From: Stegostoma tigrinum
Taxonomy: Eukaryota
Assembly (NCBI RefSeq): GCF_030684315.1
Contig: NC_081366.1
Span: 18,605,410 to 18,669,409, forward strand
Reading direction: 5' to 3'
Length of the DNA: 64,000 nucleotides
Both the position numbers and the translations under genes were made by a program. The notes below the pieces were generated by a model. The model was not told where the DNA came from and did not search any database. It saw only the letters and a list, made by a program, of their open reading frames with translations. Below are positions 1 to 12,759 of the stretch, one piece after another; within the stretch, counting starts at the first letter, position 1; each line of letters starts with the position of its first letter.

Positions 1-35
1 ATCTGATTCTGAACTCAAACTATTTCTGGCCGCTG

Positions 36-128
36 TCCGAGATAACAAAGTGTGGAGCTGGATGAATACAAAAGCACAAGTAGCATCTTAGGAGCACAAA
101 AGCTGACATTTCAGGCCTCAACCCTTCT
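36..128 (-). mobile_element. Solo PLE pLTR 3'-end fragment (short-end type), decayed
   Basis: Reverse complement matches 60487-60578 (gaagggt.aggcc.gaaa.gtcagcttttgtgctcct.agatgct...ttcatccagc...ttatct); stops at the hammerhead core. Confidence 0.8.
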
Positions 129-269
129 CTCTGGATGTCTGAACCCAGCATTGTACACAAACAATCAATTAACTCCACAGAGAGTTGGCCAGGCACTTAA
201 CAGAAGTCACATACATTGTTGGAAATTGTGTATTTAATTCAGAGTTCCAAATGACTTTCTGACCTCTTT

Positions 270-1050
270 TAAAAAATTACCTTCATAGAACTATGTCCAA
301 AAACCTATTTGTCTCTACCTTCAAATCTACATTTTAAATGAAATACCATAGTATTCACCATTATCACAACATATATCCAAAAACATCTCTGGTTTCAACC
401 TTGTAAATTTTCTTTGCACACTTTCCTTATACTTCATGTAATATGACTAACGGAATTGCACTCTAAATGTGATCAAACTATTGTTCAGTATAGACATAGA
501 AGAAAGTTTTTATTTTTCAATTCTATCCCTCTAGAGTCAAAACCTAATGCTTGGATTATACCAAGATAATAAAATGTGAGGCTGGATGAACACAGCAGGC
601 CAAGCAGCATCTCAGGAGCACAAAAACTGACGTTTCGGGCCTAGACCCTTATACCTTTTCTTTTGGACTGTCTAATTTGTGGTGCAACAATTTGTTGTAT
701 TTGTATTTTTAGATTGTTCTGTTCTTTTATCCTGATCTCCCTCCCTGCAATTGCACACTGAATAAGTCACCTCACTATCCTTCCTACTAAAATGATTGCC
801 TCATTTTATGAGTGCTGAATTTTAGTTGTCAATTATTTGCCCATTTTGCTAATTTATTAATGTCTATCTTGTAGTTCTTCTGGTTCTCTTAGGTAATAAC
901 TGTACTGGCAAATTTCATATCATCTTCAAATTTAGAAATTGTGTTTTTGATTCCAAACTTCAAGTCAATTTTTAAATGCCAACTGTGAGTAATAGCCATC
1001 TCAGCAATGGAACTGCACTTCCTACCTTCTGACACATTTACCTATTATTC
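270..1050 (-). mobile_element. Highly decayed CR1-type LINE RT/3' fragment, interrupted by a PLE fragment
   Basis: Minus strand aaatttgaagatgat (KF.DD-like) near 920-933; resembles other CR1 fragments in the window. Confidence 0.45.
563..648 (-). mobile_element. Solo PLE pLTR 3'-end insertion with 7-bp TSD
   Basis: Near-identical to 62249-62336; flanked by ttatacc at 556-562 and 649-655. Confidence 0.9.
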
Positions 1051-1084
1051 TGTTGCTGAACGTAACAATAATGTCAACCGTGTC

Positions 1085-1415
1085 AGCACCTTTTCCTCTG
1101 AGATGTTGATTGTGGGTTCAAATCCCATTCCAGAGGTTTGAGGACAAATCTGGGCTGACTCTCCAGAACAATACTGAGGGAGAGTTGAATGGATGAACAT
1201 GCTAATTTTCTCAGGAAATATTTAATCAGATCTTACTTGCTCTCACAGATGACTAAAATGTCCAGGCTACCTTTTCAAAGGAGGGCATTTATCCCTCAAT
1301 GAATGCCTTAAAAGAAATGGTTGCTGGCTATGATGTCATTCTAATTTATGGTAGTATCTGTATGCAATTTTATTACTGTATTTGCTATATTCTGATTGTA
1401 ACTACAAAGCAAAAC
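1085..1415 (+). mobile_element. SacSINE1/DeuSINE-like tRNA-derived SINE, 5' and central part
   Basis: agcacc...cctctgag...gtgggttcaaatcccattccagag (B box)...ggctgactctccag...atactgagggag...atttatccctcaa matches the recalled shark DeuSINE consensus. Confidence 0.65.
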
Positions 1416-1701
1416 ATTAACTTTTGTGTTATGATCTCATTCTAGATGAACCCTAAGTTTGTTTTGATCAGATCCTGGAGATAATTTCAAAAGCTTTTGT
1501 GGTTCCAAACATGATACCCCAGATTGCCAAGTTCCCGGGTAAGGTGAGATGAACTGGCCCCTCTTACCTATTTCCCCACATCTTGCTTTGTCACAACAAG
1601 TTTAATTTTCAAAGGATTTCCCTCCCTTGTGCATATTTTCCTCTAAAAACAAACAATATTTAAGATTTACAGGGAAACAATTTAACAAGCCTTTCTTGAA
1701 T

Positions 1702-2327
1702 TGTGATAAAGCCGTGGCTTTCAGAGGTCTTTTTTTTACCCCTTTAGAGGAGAGAGATATTAGAGGAAGATCCAAGAAGTCTATAAGAAGATAAACTACT
1801 TGTGAAGCCTTGGTTTTTTTTTAAATGTTGGAACAATAAAAGCAGCCTGAGTGGGTATAGTCAAGCTCTCATAAATCCAAGATTTTAGTGAGCTTTTGGC
1901 AGTTATTGATGGGGTCTCAACAAGGTTGAAAGGCAGTGAATGTCTCCCAGCTGGTACACTCTCTGTCTTCGAATTGTATTTTGATGTTCTTTCCTCCTGG
2001 ATTGGATGTGAGACAACCTGTTTCTGAACTTGTCTTTTCGCTAAGACTGTATTTATAGCATGTTAAAATGTTAGAACTGTTAATTAGTAACAGTTACTGT
2101 ATCTATTTTTCTGTTCAGTTTTCCAGTAGAATTATTCCAAATTCTTTCTTTTGTTGAATTTTAATACAGTGATTGAATAAATTGTGTTTTTGTTAATGTT
2201 AAGTAGTTTGACCAATCAAATTGCATCAGAAATATAGCACCTGACATTAACATTGAAAGTAAGAGAACATTAAGTTCTAGCCGACCTTCTTCATATATTT
2301 TGAGGGGGTCTGGTCTGGTCCAGAACA
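1702..2327 (+). mobile_element. Solo LTR (Gypsy-like) with 4-bp TSD
   Basis: Begins TGTGA, ends AACA; GAAT at 1698-1701 and 2328-2331; AATAAA at 2176. Confidence 0.7.
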
Positions 2328-3084
2328 GAATTGAGAAAGAAGTGAGTTTATTAGTTGACAAATGTGAGAAGAAATAATAATGCAACACATATACACACAC
2401 ACATTATAATTTAGAAATGAGCCGAAAAGAAGCTGAAAGTTAAAAGATATACAGATCAGTCTCTACAGGCCATTCATGTGAAATACATGGTGGAGCGTTG
2501 ATTAGTTCGCCAGTTGATTTCATAATTCTCTCCTTTGCAGGTATTCGTAACTCTTTTGTCGTATTTTATTTTGACTGGCTTTCTGACTCGATGGATTCTC
2601 ACACTCAGAAAGAGAGAAAAGGAGAGGGAGAGAACACTTGCAATGCTGAGCTGACTAGTGTTCCTTCAAGTGTGATATCTGCAGCACACCAGTGCTGGAA
2701 TCCAGGCCAGTACAGATGTGTACCTTACCTTTTTAACACACCTTCTTCCTCTAGCGCACATGGATCATATTTAAATTGGCTTTTAAACATGGTTCTTGTG
2801 TTATTTTGAAAGGAAAAAGATTCGAGACATGTTTCACAACCACTCTGCAGTCTTTTCTCCCTACATGTTCACAGACTGAGATAGTTCCCATGAGTTTGCT
2901 GGTCAGTGGATAATGGATGGTTTCTTTTTAAGCAATCTTGTTTAAGTTTCCTCAATATTTCACCAGTTTTGATGTTGCATGCTTAGTCTCTTTCTCCCTC
3001 CAGACAACTACTGAATTTATGTCTGCTATCATTTTGACTGCATCAGCCATGTTAAAAAATCTATATTTGAATTAGAGTTCAATA

Positions 3085-6000
3085 TTGAAATAGCTCCACA
3101 GAGGCTGGTATCAAGCCACAAAGTCATTCTTTATTTACACATGGAGAGTTGTTGACGCTGATCCACCTCCCTCAGAACCAGATCTTGGAGAGAAAAGGAT
3201 GTCTGACGCTCCTGTTTCTATCTGCCAGACAGGGCTCCCACCAATGCTACTATGTCTGCATCCAATGCTGGCCACCAGATATAACTTCTCACCAACATCA
3301 TCATTTTGGGAGTGCCTGGATGACCGTGGTGAAGTTCAGCCAGTATCTGACAGCGACATTTACTTGGAGCAATCACTCTTGCTGCCCATATTAATATGCT
3401 GTCTTCTACCACGATCTGGTTTCTCCCTGACCCAAAAGGTTTTGGTTTTGGCTTTGGTCGTGATGATCCTTTGGGTTCCCCTGTCACCAGCAGCTGTTTC
3501 AGATCTTTCTACATCCAAAGTCTAATATTGTCAGCTGTGTTTGGGAGTGCATCCAGAAAATTTAAAACCATTATGACCACTTCCAGTGGCTGCCCCACTG
3601 GTGGTGTGTCTGGCTCAATGGATCTGAATTTGCTTCTTGTGTCCCTCCAAACAGTATTCCAAATTGTAACCACTAAATTTGGCACAAAGCTACGGGGGGC
3701 ACTGCCTTATCTTCTTTAAGTAGACTTAGTGGGGGTTTGTGGTCACTCGTTCTTACAAATTTATGTCTGTTAAAGTATCGGTGGATCTTCCTGACTCCAG
3801 ATATGATTGTCAAACCTTCCTTCTCTATCTGGGTGCATTAATGCTCTGTATTAGCCAAAGTCCTGGATGTACATGCTATTGGACGTTCCTCTCCATTGGG
3901 CCACCTAACAGCTAATACTACCTTGATGCTACATGGGGGCGCATCACATGTCAATACCAGATCTTGCCAACACCTTAGAAGATGACAGCTGTTGCTTCAC
4001 TTCCCTGAAAGCTATGGCTTGGCTATGTGACCTTTTCCAAGTCTGACCCTTTTTTAAGAGTTGATTGAATGATGCCATGATGGAGGCCAATTTATATCTG
4101 AGCTTTCTGTAATAATTCCTCAGCCAAGGAAAGGTTTAAGTTCCAATACAGACATGGGAGCGAAGGCACATTGAATCACACTCACCTTGGCCTTCCCACG
4201 CTAGAAGCCGTGAAGTAGGCAGTGCCAAAACTCTTGAAGCAGGATTGCATCCATGCTCCCTGCTTCCCTGCTTTCCTTTCTTCTTTCCACATTTTTTTCT
4301 TCTTTTCCCATTTTTTAAAAATGCTTTTAGTGCTTTTTATGTATCTTTTGGAGGCCGTGGAAGCAGAAGCAGTGATGGAAAATGGCAGCAGCTGGGCCTG
4401 GCACAAGCCCGATGGCAGTAGCAGTAAGGAGGTGTATGTTACCTGGTGGTAATGCATGGCAGCGGCAGAGATATGGCAGTCAGGGCCAAAGCTTTGCGAG
4501 CAACGGTAAAGCCTGGCGTGCATGGGTGAGTCTTAGGCCAGCAAAGCTGAAAGCCTGCTCAGTGCAGAGGACATTATCCATCCTGGGGAGCAGCAATGTG
4601 GAGCATCTGTAACCCCGTGGCTCAAGAAAGGACTGTAATGTTGGATATTTTAATTTATTTCTTTATTCTCCTACCTCTGCAATTAAGCATTTGGACTGAG
4701 GTACTTTGTACCTAAGATTGCACCATGAGTGGCAACATTGTACACACTATACCTTTGTACCCTGTACTGGGGTACACGTGACAATAAAATCCAAATCTAA
4801 ATTTTTCTTCCAACAGGTAGCTCTGCCTCATCAATTCTGCAGACAAGAAGGGTCACTTGGAGTACCTGGAACACAGATTGTTCCCTTCTATGGTATACAC
4901 CTGTCTTAGAGAAATGTCTAACGACTATGTCCAAGATCTCTAAGTGCTCCTTATTGGTCTTTCCTGTCATTAGCACATCATCTAGGTTAATGCTGGCCTA
5001 GGGTAGACCTTATAAAATGTTCTCCATTGTCCGCTGAGAAATTGCATAATCTGATGATACCTCAAAATGCCAGTTTCATATATTGGTACAAGTTAATATT
5101 AATTGTAGCATGCTCCTGGGAATTGTCATCTAACTACAAGTGTAAGTACACATGGCTCATGTCCAGCTTCGTAAAGGACAACTTCCCTGCCAGCTTTGTA
5201 CATTAGCCTTCTTTGTGAGGTATTGGATATTTATCTGACTGTAAAAAGTGGTTTATCATTTGTTTAAATTCCTCACAAGGGCTGACCTAGAATCCCTTAG
5301 TTCAGGATATGTCCTGAGTGAGGCTATGTGAATGCCTTCACTCAAGTGGTATTCACCCAAGCTCAGTTGGCCTGGCAAAGGTGTCCACTCCCATCGGAAT
5401 ACCTTGCAGCTCATTTTCTCCACTTGCTGCATTTTCCAATGATAAAGCCAGTTGTAGTGCCTGTTTGAAATCCTGTTGGGCTTCATTTTGTAGGCTGTTT
5501 TAGATGATTACATCATCAATCCTACACATCAAATGGTCTCTGAGCATCTCATTAAGGGTTAAACTAAAATAACATGCCTCTGCCAGTTTTATTAACCTTA
5601 TCAAAGCTTCTACATATGGATTCTCGAAGTGCCGAGTAAAACTGATAATGTTTCAGAATTAGAGGAGTCTTTGGGTCATCATATTCCTTAACTAAATCCA
5701 TCAATTTTTTGAAAAGTTTTGGTATCTCATGCCTCAGGGAAAATAAAGCTCCTAATAACCAAAAAAGCTGCAGATCCACAAACTATCAGAATTATTCATT
5801 GTTCTCTATCTGCTCCAGTGTCATTTGCATCGAGAAAATAACATATTCTTTCCACATACTGGGCACGGTCTTCAATGGCAGTATCAAATGAGTCAACTTT
5901 TCCAAACAATAGCATGATCCCAGAAATGCCTACTCCAACTCAAAGTGAATTTCTTCACCTGAAATAACTCCACAAAGGCTGGTATCCTGTCATCATCTCA

Positions 6001-6192
6001 TCCTTTATTTACACATGGAGAGTCCTGAACGAAGTTTCACCTCCCTCAGAGTCAGCTCTCAGAGTGAAAACGATGTTTGACATGCGTGTTCTTATCAGTC
6101 GGCCAACGCTCCCTGATTGGACCAGATTAACAGTCCAATCAGAGCTCCATTTTCTATGATAGCCGCCTGGTTGTCCTTGATACAATCACCGC
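3085..6192 (-). mobile_element. Decayed, internally deleted Gypsy LTR retrotransposon with two LTR copies
   Basis: Direct repeats ~3088-3240 and ~5963-6190 (ctccaca.aggctggtatc...ctttatttacacatggagag...cacctccctcaga); minus-strand integrase zinc-binding-like LHHGHPGTPKMMMLVRSYIWWPALDADI (3240-3330), RNase H CDA motif ~3940, RT .LDDVL ~4975. Confidence 0.8.
4205..4802 (+). mobile_element. Non-autonomous non-LTR element, 'gtacacgtgacaataaa' tail family, nested in the Gypsy element
   Basis: 5' part aligns with 57265-57320; shares ttgtacctaagat and gtacacgtgacaataaa plus a repeat tail with 57255-57934. Confidence 0.6.
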
Positions 6193-6231
6193 AAATATGG
6201 CCGTAAGCAGTCCAGAATTATGATCTGTCAT

Positions 6232-6296
6232 CATGATAGCCATAAAATGCTTTCAGGTTGTAAAAGGTGATATATGAATGCAAGTGTTTTATTTTC
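6232..6296 (+). mobile_element. 3' end of SacSINE1-like SINE
   Basis: ataaaatgcttt..aggttgtaaaaggtgatatatgaatgcaagt resembles the reverse complement of 58201-58270 and the recalled SINE tail. Confidence 0.55.
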
Positions 6297-7831
6297 CTCT
6301 TAAAAGCAATGATGTCAGAGTAAGTGTGGAATAGGGCCTGGGAACACAAGGATCTGTACAGATAGTAAGTAAGTAGCAACTTGTGGGCACTTTTTGAGTG
6401 AAGAAGGATATTCAGAGAAAATGAGTTTACTTTTTCTAAAGGAAATAGCCTCAGCTCACCCTGATTATTTTGACATCCAAAAGTGCTAATTAAAACCAGC
6501 TACTCTACCTATACCCCGATTCTCACGGCATTTCACCAAACACACGGAAAATGTAATTAGTTTGAGAAGAACCAATAATTATTGCGGAGTTCTCGCTGAC
6601 TTTCTAAAAAAGTCAATACAGCTAGGCATCTACGAACTAAGAATATATAAACACCAACTAGAATGGAGGATTGATTCTTGGCAGCAGAAAATGATGCAAT
6701 GGAGTCACTTAAACAACTGGAATACTGATCTTTAAAAGTGGAAAAGAATTGTTCCTTCAGGAAAATGAATATGAAATTATTCCAGCAAATTGCTTTGGTG
6801 TCCAATTAATAACTTATTCAGAGAACACCTAATACATTTAAAAATTACATTCACAGCTTTTATTATTCAGATCACAGGCCAACACGTTATTCACAAGCTG
6901 TTATCTTACTCCTATCTCCTTTTAGTATTCTCTTTCCACATCTGCTGTTTGATTGCATTAAATCAATTCGTGTCCAGGCACAGAGTGACCCTTTCAGCAC
7001 AGAATGTGCTTCAGAGATTAAAATTGTCCACACTGAAGTGGTGAGCAGTATCATGTGGTAAAGCTCTAAAGGCCATTTTCTAACAGTGATTGAAGAATGA
7101 CACTCACATGATCCTTTGTCATTGTCCCTGCTTCATATTATTATCACTGGTCCTGTGATGCTCCTTTCCTCGTAATTCTGCTAGAGACTGATCTTCAGGC
7201 AGAAGCCTGATTGGACAATATAGCTGTGTGTTGCACAATGCCTCTCAGGGTCATGAGGGAAATAGAAGGTTTTTTTCACAACTGACCCAACGTTAAGACA
7301 CAGGACCCATGGAGCTGTGAGGACTCCAGAAAACACTTCCTTTATATTTGTAACTGATCCCCATGATTGGAATATCATAGTTCCTCTATCAAAGGTGTTG
7401 AAACGATTGGGTGCATTTTAAATTGTGCAGCACTGCCGGTGTTGATTTATCTCACCTCAGCTATTGATACCACAATGGGCTCAGTACTGACTGCAGAGAG
7501 AGGCAGAGAGGGAGAATATGTTAGAGAGTACGTTCGTGAGTGGAAGATCCATTCAGTGGAAGGAGCAGACCAGTAGTTCAGCAATGAAAATTGGGGTTTT
7601 GCAGTAGACACGAATATAGGAAGCTACAATGGTCACATTGGCCACGGTTGCAAATAATTTGTCTAAGCTGGCCCGTTCCACTTTCCAGCAAAATTCATTT
7701 TCATTTCTGACATCTTAGCTGCAGTTTGAAAACCTGAGGTTTGGGAATTTCAAACACAATCCCCAGTTGTGCCATTTTGCAGCCTGGTATATTGGTAAAA
7801 TCAATAGGCTCAGGTGCATGCTTTTTTTAAA

Positions 7832-8168
7832 TATAGAATAATAGAATCCCTGCAGTGTGGAAGCAGGCCATTTGGTCCATTGAGTCCACACCGACCCTTT
7901 GAAGAATGTCTCACTCAGAGCCACACCCTGCTACTACATTGTGTAACTGCACATTTCCCATGGCTAACCTACCTAGCCTACACATCCATTGGCACTACGG
8001 GCAATTTAACATGGCTGATCGATCTAACTTGCACATCTTTGGACCACAGGAGGAAACCACAGCACCCAGAGGAAACTCATGCAGACACAGGGAGAATGTG
8101 TAAGCTCCACACAGACAGTTGCTTGAGGGTGGAATTGAAGCAGCGCTAACCACTGAGCCACCATGCTG
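7832..8168 (-). mobile_element. HE1/V-SINE-like shark SINE with a deletion between the A and B boxes
   Basis: Minus strand gcatggtggctcagtggttagc; V-domain tgtgtggag.tt.cacattctccc; CR1-derived tail ccacactgcagggattcta. Confidence 0.85.
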
Positions 8169-9283
8169 ACAATGATGCCAATATTTCCTAGGCTATAAAA
8201 GATAACAAGCTTTTTATTTCAAGATTTAAAATAACTAAAGGATTTTAGAACATAGATCGACCAAAAACTGCTTCTTCTGTTGGGGTTTTCTAGGCAGCGT
8301 AATTTTACAATTAGAACTAGGCCATTCAAGAAATAGTGAAGAAAATGAAAGGCACTGGCAGTATCTGACTGGGGTTTGGAAAAGTTACATTCGATCAAAA
8401 TCTTAGCTTTGTTTCTATCTCCGCAGATGCTGCCAGACCTATTGAGTTTCTCCAGCATGAACAGTATTTTGCTTTCATTCAGTTTTGATGCGGGAAAACA
8501 TATTATCACATAATGGAACTCTCTCCCTCAGAAAAAGAGTTTAGAGGTACAATCAATTGAAATCTTCAAAAAGGAGATTGGTAGGTGGAGACATTAAGGG
8601 ATACAAGGTAAATGGATTCGTGATACAGATCAACCATGATTTAGTTGAATGGAACAAGCTGGAGGGATTAAATCATTTAGTGTTGTATCTATCTTTCAAA
8701 TAGCCTACACCTGTAAATTGTTGCACAGACAATGTTTATAAATTCATACTTTATAATCTCAGTTTTTTTGAATAATATTACCACATTGTGAAATTGGAAT
8801 TTATTACTTAGCACATTAATTTTATGAGGTCACCTCTGAGACATGGATTCAAACAAAATCCAATTCAATTCAGACTGAAAGTACTTGCTTGCTGACGCTT
8901 TTAATGGTGTCAAGTGAAGTGTGTTCAGACATTCTCAATTTAAATCTTTAGACTTATCAGTGAGATAACTTTGCTGATGGTAAAAATCGGGTCTGTTTGT
9001 CAGTGAAGTAAATCCCAAATTCCAAAAGGTACATGAATGAAAGCATGAATCTGACTTGCTTAGTTAACACCATCGTCAAAATCTCAGAGGTTTAAATTTT
9101 GCTTCTGCTATACCACAAGAAGATTCCTAATAATAAAAGTAAATCTTTATTGAGGGAGCTAGTGTATTGTCCTCATTTTTCTGGCTTCCATAACTGCAGA
9201 GCATGACAAAATCCTTTTCCTTTTGAGGTGCGAGCCTCACCCTGTATGGATAATTTTTTTGACTAACACCTTTACTCCATAAA

Positions 9284-9503
9284 AGAGGGTATCAAGTTGT
9301 AGAGCTGGATGAACACAGCAGGCCAAGCAGCATCATCGGAGCAGGAAAGCCGATGCTTCAGGCCTAGACCCTTCTTCAGAAAGGGTCTAGGCCAAAAACA
9401 TCAGTTTTCCTGCTCCTCTTATGCTGGTTGGCCTGCTGTGTTCATCCAGCTCTACACCTTGTTATCTCAATTTCTCCAGCATCTGCAGTTCCTACTATCT
9501 CTG
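9284..9503. mobile_element. Fold-back PLE pLTR derivative (older subfamily) with ~18-bp TSD
   Basis: Inverted arms meeting at cccttcttcaga/aagggtctagg (9369-9391); acacctttactccataaa 9266-9283 vs acacctttgttccataaa 9504-9521. Confidence 0.85.
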
Positions 9504-9594
9504 ACACCTTTGTTCCATAAATTTATTTGTGTCTGCTAAAAACTTTTGTGTGTATATGTGTGTTTACTTAAAAAAGTAGTCATTGTTCAATATT

Positions 9595-9715
9595 AAGTCC
9601 CAAGATTGTTGATTTACATCCAATTGCAGAGAGTTGAGTGCATAGTCCAGTCTGACTTCAGTGAGTATTTAGGAAGAATTACCATGTTGAAGGTGCCATT
9701 TGTCTGGGGAAATGC
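9595..9715 (+). mobile_element. Decayed SacSINE1-like fragment
   Basis: Similar to 1100-1220 (agagagttgagtgcatagtccagtctgac...gaaggtgcc). Confidence 0.4.
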
Positions 9716-11000
9716 AGTTGTATATAGTGTACTAGCTGGCTTTCCAGTCATGTAATTTCTGGCTCTGCTGTAACTTGCTTTCAGAATGATTTGTGGAACA
9801 TATTATTTCAAACATGGGTGAAATCTTACAGATGTGGGTTTTGGTGAGAATAATGGCAGAATCGTAATGAGAATTCTGGCGAGAATTGAAAAACCCACTG
9901 CATCTTTAAAGCAAGTTCTGGGTATCTTACGTGAGATTCTTATTAGGTAATAGTGAATTCTCTATTAGGGTTGATTATTGCTTGATAAAGACCTTATTAA
10001 CTTTGCATCTCAATTCATCAATGTGTAGTTTCCTACCCTATCAATTTCAACGAGCAAACAATGTGCTGAGAATTCTCAGCATGGAAGTCAGAATGCGTAC
10101 CTGGCAGTAATAGTTCTTCACTTGCTCCAAAGGACCTCCCTACTGGATATCAGACACCGGCATCCTGGGGCATGCTCAATGAGCTTTGACCATACATAAA
10201 CACTCACACGCATACACACTTCACATCCAAAGATAATGGAACCGGAAGTTCAAGGACATAACACCCAGCTCATGGAGTGAACCAGGCTACGTTACCCTTC
10301 TAACAGCTTGTTGTCATAGTGCTCACTGGCTCCGTGCCTACAGAAATGCTCACAGCATCCTTGCCTTGTATTGCCTTGCCACCCACCAGAGTTATCGAAT
10401 TCACAGAACTGCTGTCTTGTCGTACATTTAATCCAGGCACAAAGGAGGATGCCCTGGTTTTAAATTCTCACTCAAGCCTTTGGTCAAGGGTCCCAGTTCA
10501 GTAAGTCAATGGCAACCTCCAAAACCAGTGTAGAGCTTTGGTGTGGTAAGTCAACAAATCAGTTTGGTCCATTTCAGAATGCTATTCTCATAAACAGCGA
10601 GGAGCTGAAAGTTGGGCAGGCCACAAACCATCTTGACTCTTTCTGTTCTAATTTGGGCTATTGAAATGAGTAAGAGGCATGTATTAAGGGAGATGAAGTG
10701 AGTGGCACAACTATCTCTTCTGGGGCAAGGTATTCTGAGCAAGGGAGTAGGCAGTGCAGAAATCCTGCAGGATTAGTGCTGTCAGGAGTTGGGAGGGCTG
10801 ACACTGACCTCGGGAGGTGCTGCACGCAATAGTGAGAGTGACAGAACATGGGCCTTTTTGGAAGTTGAGCCCAGTATTAGAGATAAAGTGAGTGTGAAAT
10901 ATCAGTGAAAAAATTATGGCACTTACATTGATGTCATTGACCTCCTTTCGATATTGGTCAGCCTATTCCATCGCCTGAGGCATACTGACCTTCAGGTTAA

Positions 11001-11047
11001 ACCTCTCTCTCTCTCTCTATCTCTCTATCTCTCTCTCTCTCTCTCTA
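11001..11047 (+). repeat. (CT)n microsatellite with ctat interruptions
   Basis: Seen directly. Confidence 0.9.
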
Positions 11048-12401
11048 TTGAGAGAGCAGGCCTATGGTCCTCTGGTGCTGTACTCATCCCGAGCAAGTGG
11101 AGAACATTCAATCACATTTAACACTTGTACACTGTGGAAGATGGACAGGTTTTGGGGAGCCAAGAGCTGAAATAAATGTTATAGACTTCTACCCTCTGAC
11201 TTGTTTTTTGTATCACAGTAGACAACCAGCTGCTGGAAAACATGCTTAGTCATTTTAAAATTGGAAACACAATCTTTCGAGTAAGAAATATGTAAGTCAA
11301 ACTGGAGATCCGATCATAAAAGATAGTTGAACTCATGAGGTGGCAGCTGACTTTAAAACAATATGAATGGCTTAATTTACATGACTAAGGGGAAGAAAAA
11401 GATGATATACATCAGTAGCCATTGGAAAGACTCAAAAGTCACAAATGATATTTTCTTTCGTTAAAATTTCATTTAAAACCTCAGCTAATGCCACTTTATT
11501 GATCCATTACAATCACTGAATGAGCAATGAGTGTGCAGTGTAATGTAGGAAGTAGAAAATGAATTCCAATTAAGTAATTCGTTGTGGCTTTGGTGCTGTC
11601 ATGGAGGACACCTGATCACAAACTCAGTGGAAAGAAGAATTTGAAGGATTTGAAGTTATCTGGTAGCATCACATTGTACAAAATGAATGCAGCCCAGTGC
11701 TTATGCTTATTGCACTGCTCTCGAGACAAAAACCATAGTATAGACAAACTTTCTGCTTATATGCAAGAGCCCAAAACAGCACTTGCACGATTTTATGCAA
11801 GGTGATTGTGGTTAATCCATCACAGATAATTGAATCCTATGTGCATTATATTTAGTGAAGCTGGAAGATGCCTTTCAATCTAATGGTTTTTAAGGATTCC
11901 AGGTAAAATTAATCTTGGATGGTCCCAGTCCAGTGTGTGCAAGTCCATAGCATACAACAATAAATCAGAATAAATTGGCAGTAAACTGACAGTCTCATTC
12001 AATGAGGTCATAAAAAGGGCTGGTGTAGGTCATACAAAAAAGACCAAAATATTGTTATAAAACGTGCTTTTTGGAGTCCAGGGCCTCAGGCCTTTTGCTG
12101 GGGCAAAAGTGCAGCAAACTGAAGCATGAATTCTGCCTTTTTTAAAAGCCCGGATCATGGACAACTTAATGCAGACACGATGAAAGAAAACAAGATTGAG
12201 ACTGGGATTGATTATTTTACCATCTCTGATATAATTCGCCTTTATTAGATCAGAGTAATCAATAAAGATAATCTGAGTAAAATTCAGAAGTATATGCACC
12301 CTCACTCAAAAGTAAATATTCTATGCAAAATCTGACATTATTGGAAAATAGACAGTTTTATCTTGAATGTCTGGATTTTTTCAACAGCTTACTAACAAAG
12401 A

Positions 12402-12759
12402 AATATTTATGGGAAGTGAGCATTACTAGCAAGGCCAGTATTTGTCGTCCACCCTTAACTGCCCTTGGCAGGCCATTTCAGAAACATCCACCATACTGTG
12501 GGGTCCAGAGTAACAAATAGGCCAGACTGGTTGGGGATGGCAGATTTTGTTCTCGAAAGGACATTTACTGAAACAGACGTACCTTTTCCTGAAAATCAAT
12601 TTCATAGTTACCATTACAGACACTAGCATTTTTAAAAATTGTAGGTTTATTAATCAGTTTAAACTCTGCCAGATGCCATACAGGGATTTGAATCCATCTA
12701 CCCATAGAGTGGACTTTAAAATTACTTGTCCAGTAATATTGCCACTCAGCCACTGCCTC
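12402..12759 (-). mobile_element. Bipartite tRNA-headed SINE sharing head and tail with the LINE at 52638-55520
   Basis: 12405-12467 aligns with 52650-52712; 12468-12759 aligns with 55222-55519. Confidence 0.7.
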
